A DNA stretch of 64,000 bases, from positions 96,001-160,000 of the forward strand of contig CAWBYW010000004.1 of the NCBI GenBank assembly GCA_963792965.1, given 5' to 3'. This document shows positions 62,045-64,000 of this stretch, piece after piece (positions within the stretch are counted from its first letter, which is position 1; each line of letters begins with the position of its first letter). The DNA comes from an uncultured delta proteobacterium. GTDB taxonomy: Bacteria; Desulfobacterota; Zymogenia; Zymogenales; Zymogenaceae. The translations under genes and the position numbers were made by a program. The notes under the pieces were generated by a model. It saw nothing but the letters and a program-made list of their open reading frames with translations. It was not told the origin of the DNA and ran no database searches.

Positions 62045-64000
62045 TCAACTTAAAAAGACGCCATCCCATTCGGTGGAGGGCGGAGAGCTGACAGCTTTTT
62101 CAATGCGCGAGATGTAAATCTCGGTCGCGATATCGCCGGGAGTCGCGTCTTGTATCGCCTTGAAGACGGCAAGGGCCTCTTCCCACCGCCGGGCGCGTAT
62201 CAGGGAAAGCCCCCGCTCGAACTCCCGCGCCGCCTGTTCTCGCTCGGGGAACTGGCCTTTCCTGCCGATCATCTCGTAGATCTTCACAGGGATGTGCCGT
62301 CCACGAATTCGAACGAGGTCCAGCTCCCGAAAGGCTACGTCGTCCTTTGCACGTTCGAAGGTGTATTCGGTAACGAGGCAGGTCGTGTCGTACTCCTTGT
62401 TAAGGTTTTCCAGACGCGAGGCGAGGTTTACGGCGTCGCCCATGACGGTGTAGTCAAACCGCTTCCTGGATCCCATATTTCCCACGGCCGCATACCCGGT
62501 ATTGATTCCGATCCTGATGGAGAGCCGGGGTCTGCCCGCCGTTTCCCAGCGCGTCATGAGGCGATCGAGCTCGGCCATCATATCAAGTGCCGTCAGGCAT
62601 GCACGCCTTGCGTGATCGGGCTGGGGAAGCGGGGCGCCGTATACCGCCATGATGCCGTCGCCGATATACTTGTCCAGCAGGCCCCGGTGTGAGAAGACCA
62701 CGTCGGTCATCGTGCTCAGGTACTCGTTTAAGATATTGACCAATTCCTCCGGCGAGAGCTCCTCCGACAGCGACGTGAATCCTTTAATATCGGAAAAAAG
62801 TATAGAGACATCTTTTCTCTCTCCGCCGAGGGTGAGCATCGACGGGTTCTTGAGGATCTCACTCACCACAGCCTCAGGCACATAGAACTGGAAGGCCTCC
62901 TTGATCCGTTTCCCCGCCCGCTCGACCGTTATATAGCGCATGAGGGTCAGTATGGTATAGCCGATGGCGACGGTCAACAGCGGCGGGACGAGGCCGATCC
63001 AGACGTTCTTTTGGGCAAACATATACTGTGTGAATCCGATCCATCCCCCCGCCACGACGATCCCGAAGAGTGCCCCGATCCGATGCCGGCACGCGGGGGA
63101 TAACGAGTCCCATGCACAGGCCGATCAAGAGGATCATGAAGAAACTAAGGTACTTCACCCACGAAGGCATGGAGAGAAACTGCTTGTGGAGTATATTGTC
63201 GATGATCGTTGCGTTGACTTCCGTACCCGGAAAATCGCTTCCCATCGGCGTTACCCTCAGGTCGTAGGTGCCGACGGCGGTAGTCCCGATGACGGCGATC
63301 TTGTCCTTGATCTTATCCTTTGCGACCCGCCCGTGGACTATGTCGGTAAAGGAAAGGTAGGGGAAGGTCTTGACCGGTCCCCGGTAGTTCACGAGGAGTT
63401 CCCCCCGTGCATTGGTGGGGATCTCCGTGTCGCCCAGGACTATTTTGTAGGCACCTTCCTCGGATATGTAGATGTCCGGCGCCGGGGCGCCAAGGTAGGC
63501 TCGGGCCATCTCGAGGGCGAACGAAGGGTAGAGCTTCTTCCGACATGACACCGCCAAAGGTGACCACCGAATAGCGCCGTCGCTATCGGGAAAGACATTG
63601 AAATAGCCGAAGCCGCCGGCCGACCGGGAGATGATCGGGATGTTGGTCTCCGGCGCGATTACCGTGAAAAACGCGGCCTTCTTGGCTTCCTCAGAGTCGT
63701 AGGAGACGAGCCTAAAGGTCGATTTTTCGATGCCCTTGATGTTGTTCTCAATGTCGGCCTCGGTCATGTCCCCGATCTCTCTCTCCTTTACGTGGAAGAA
63801 GTAGCCGAGTACCACGGCGGGGCTGCGGGAGAGCGCAAGCGACAGGTGCTGGTCGTTATCGAGCAGTTGTCTGGTCTCATCAAAGAGCTCGGAGAGCCTC
63901 GGCTGATCAAGGCCCCTCTCTTGGCTCTGACGCTTGATGTAGTCGACGGTGCTGATGCCCGAATAGATATCGGGCTCGGAGAAGACCATATCAAAACCGA
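62045..64000 (-). CDS. CHASE2-domain class III adenylate cyclase (5' end outside window; frameshift near 63075)
   Basis: DSDGAIR, DLRVTP..PG CHASE2 motifs; FSDIKGFT, DKYIGD, GDAVNLASRLE; EWDG end. Confidence 0.92.

Noticed and set aside
1-64000. CRISPR arrays, IS elements, and selenocysteine or pyrrolysine readthrough
   Set aside because: No regularly spaced repeats or transposase motifs seen; split genes resume in different frames rather than after an in-frame TGA or TAG

Overview
This is a 64 kb, GC-rich stretch of core-plus-accessory chromosome. The tetraheme c3 cytochrome, RACo-type ATPase, FeoAB and MCE system suggest a Gram-negative anaerobe of Desulfobacterota/deltaproteobacterial type, but that taxonomy is inference. 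More than 20 single-base frameshifts break genes, including carB, purD, purH and ccsA; this looks like uncorrected long-read error, so split ORFs are reported as single genes. Recognisable content: mscL, a YfcC-type carrier, a three-subunit acetone-carboxylase-family operon, yhaM, carD-PIN/TRAM-ispF-gltX (no ispD), tRNA-Gln(CTG), carAB, fur-feoAB with Fur boxes, a BKACE-SDR-TauE-MFS cluster, purHDE joined to a c3 cytochrome and resB/ccsA, mlaEFD, and a CHASE2 adenylate cyclase. I saw no CRISPR array, transposase, integrase or rRNA. Strongest candidates for new biology: (1) a full-length YmdB homologue with every metal or catalytic ligand replaced, coupled to a second metallophosphoesterase just downstream of feoAB; (2) a divergent acetone-carboxylase-like enzyme of unknown substrate; (3) a coupled operon of a roughly 20-repeat beta-hairpin lipoprotein, an orphan RACo ATPase and DUF2339/DUF3999-like genes behind mlaEFD. 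All family calls come from motifs read by eye; no searches were run.
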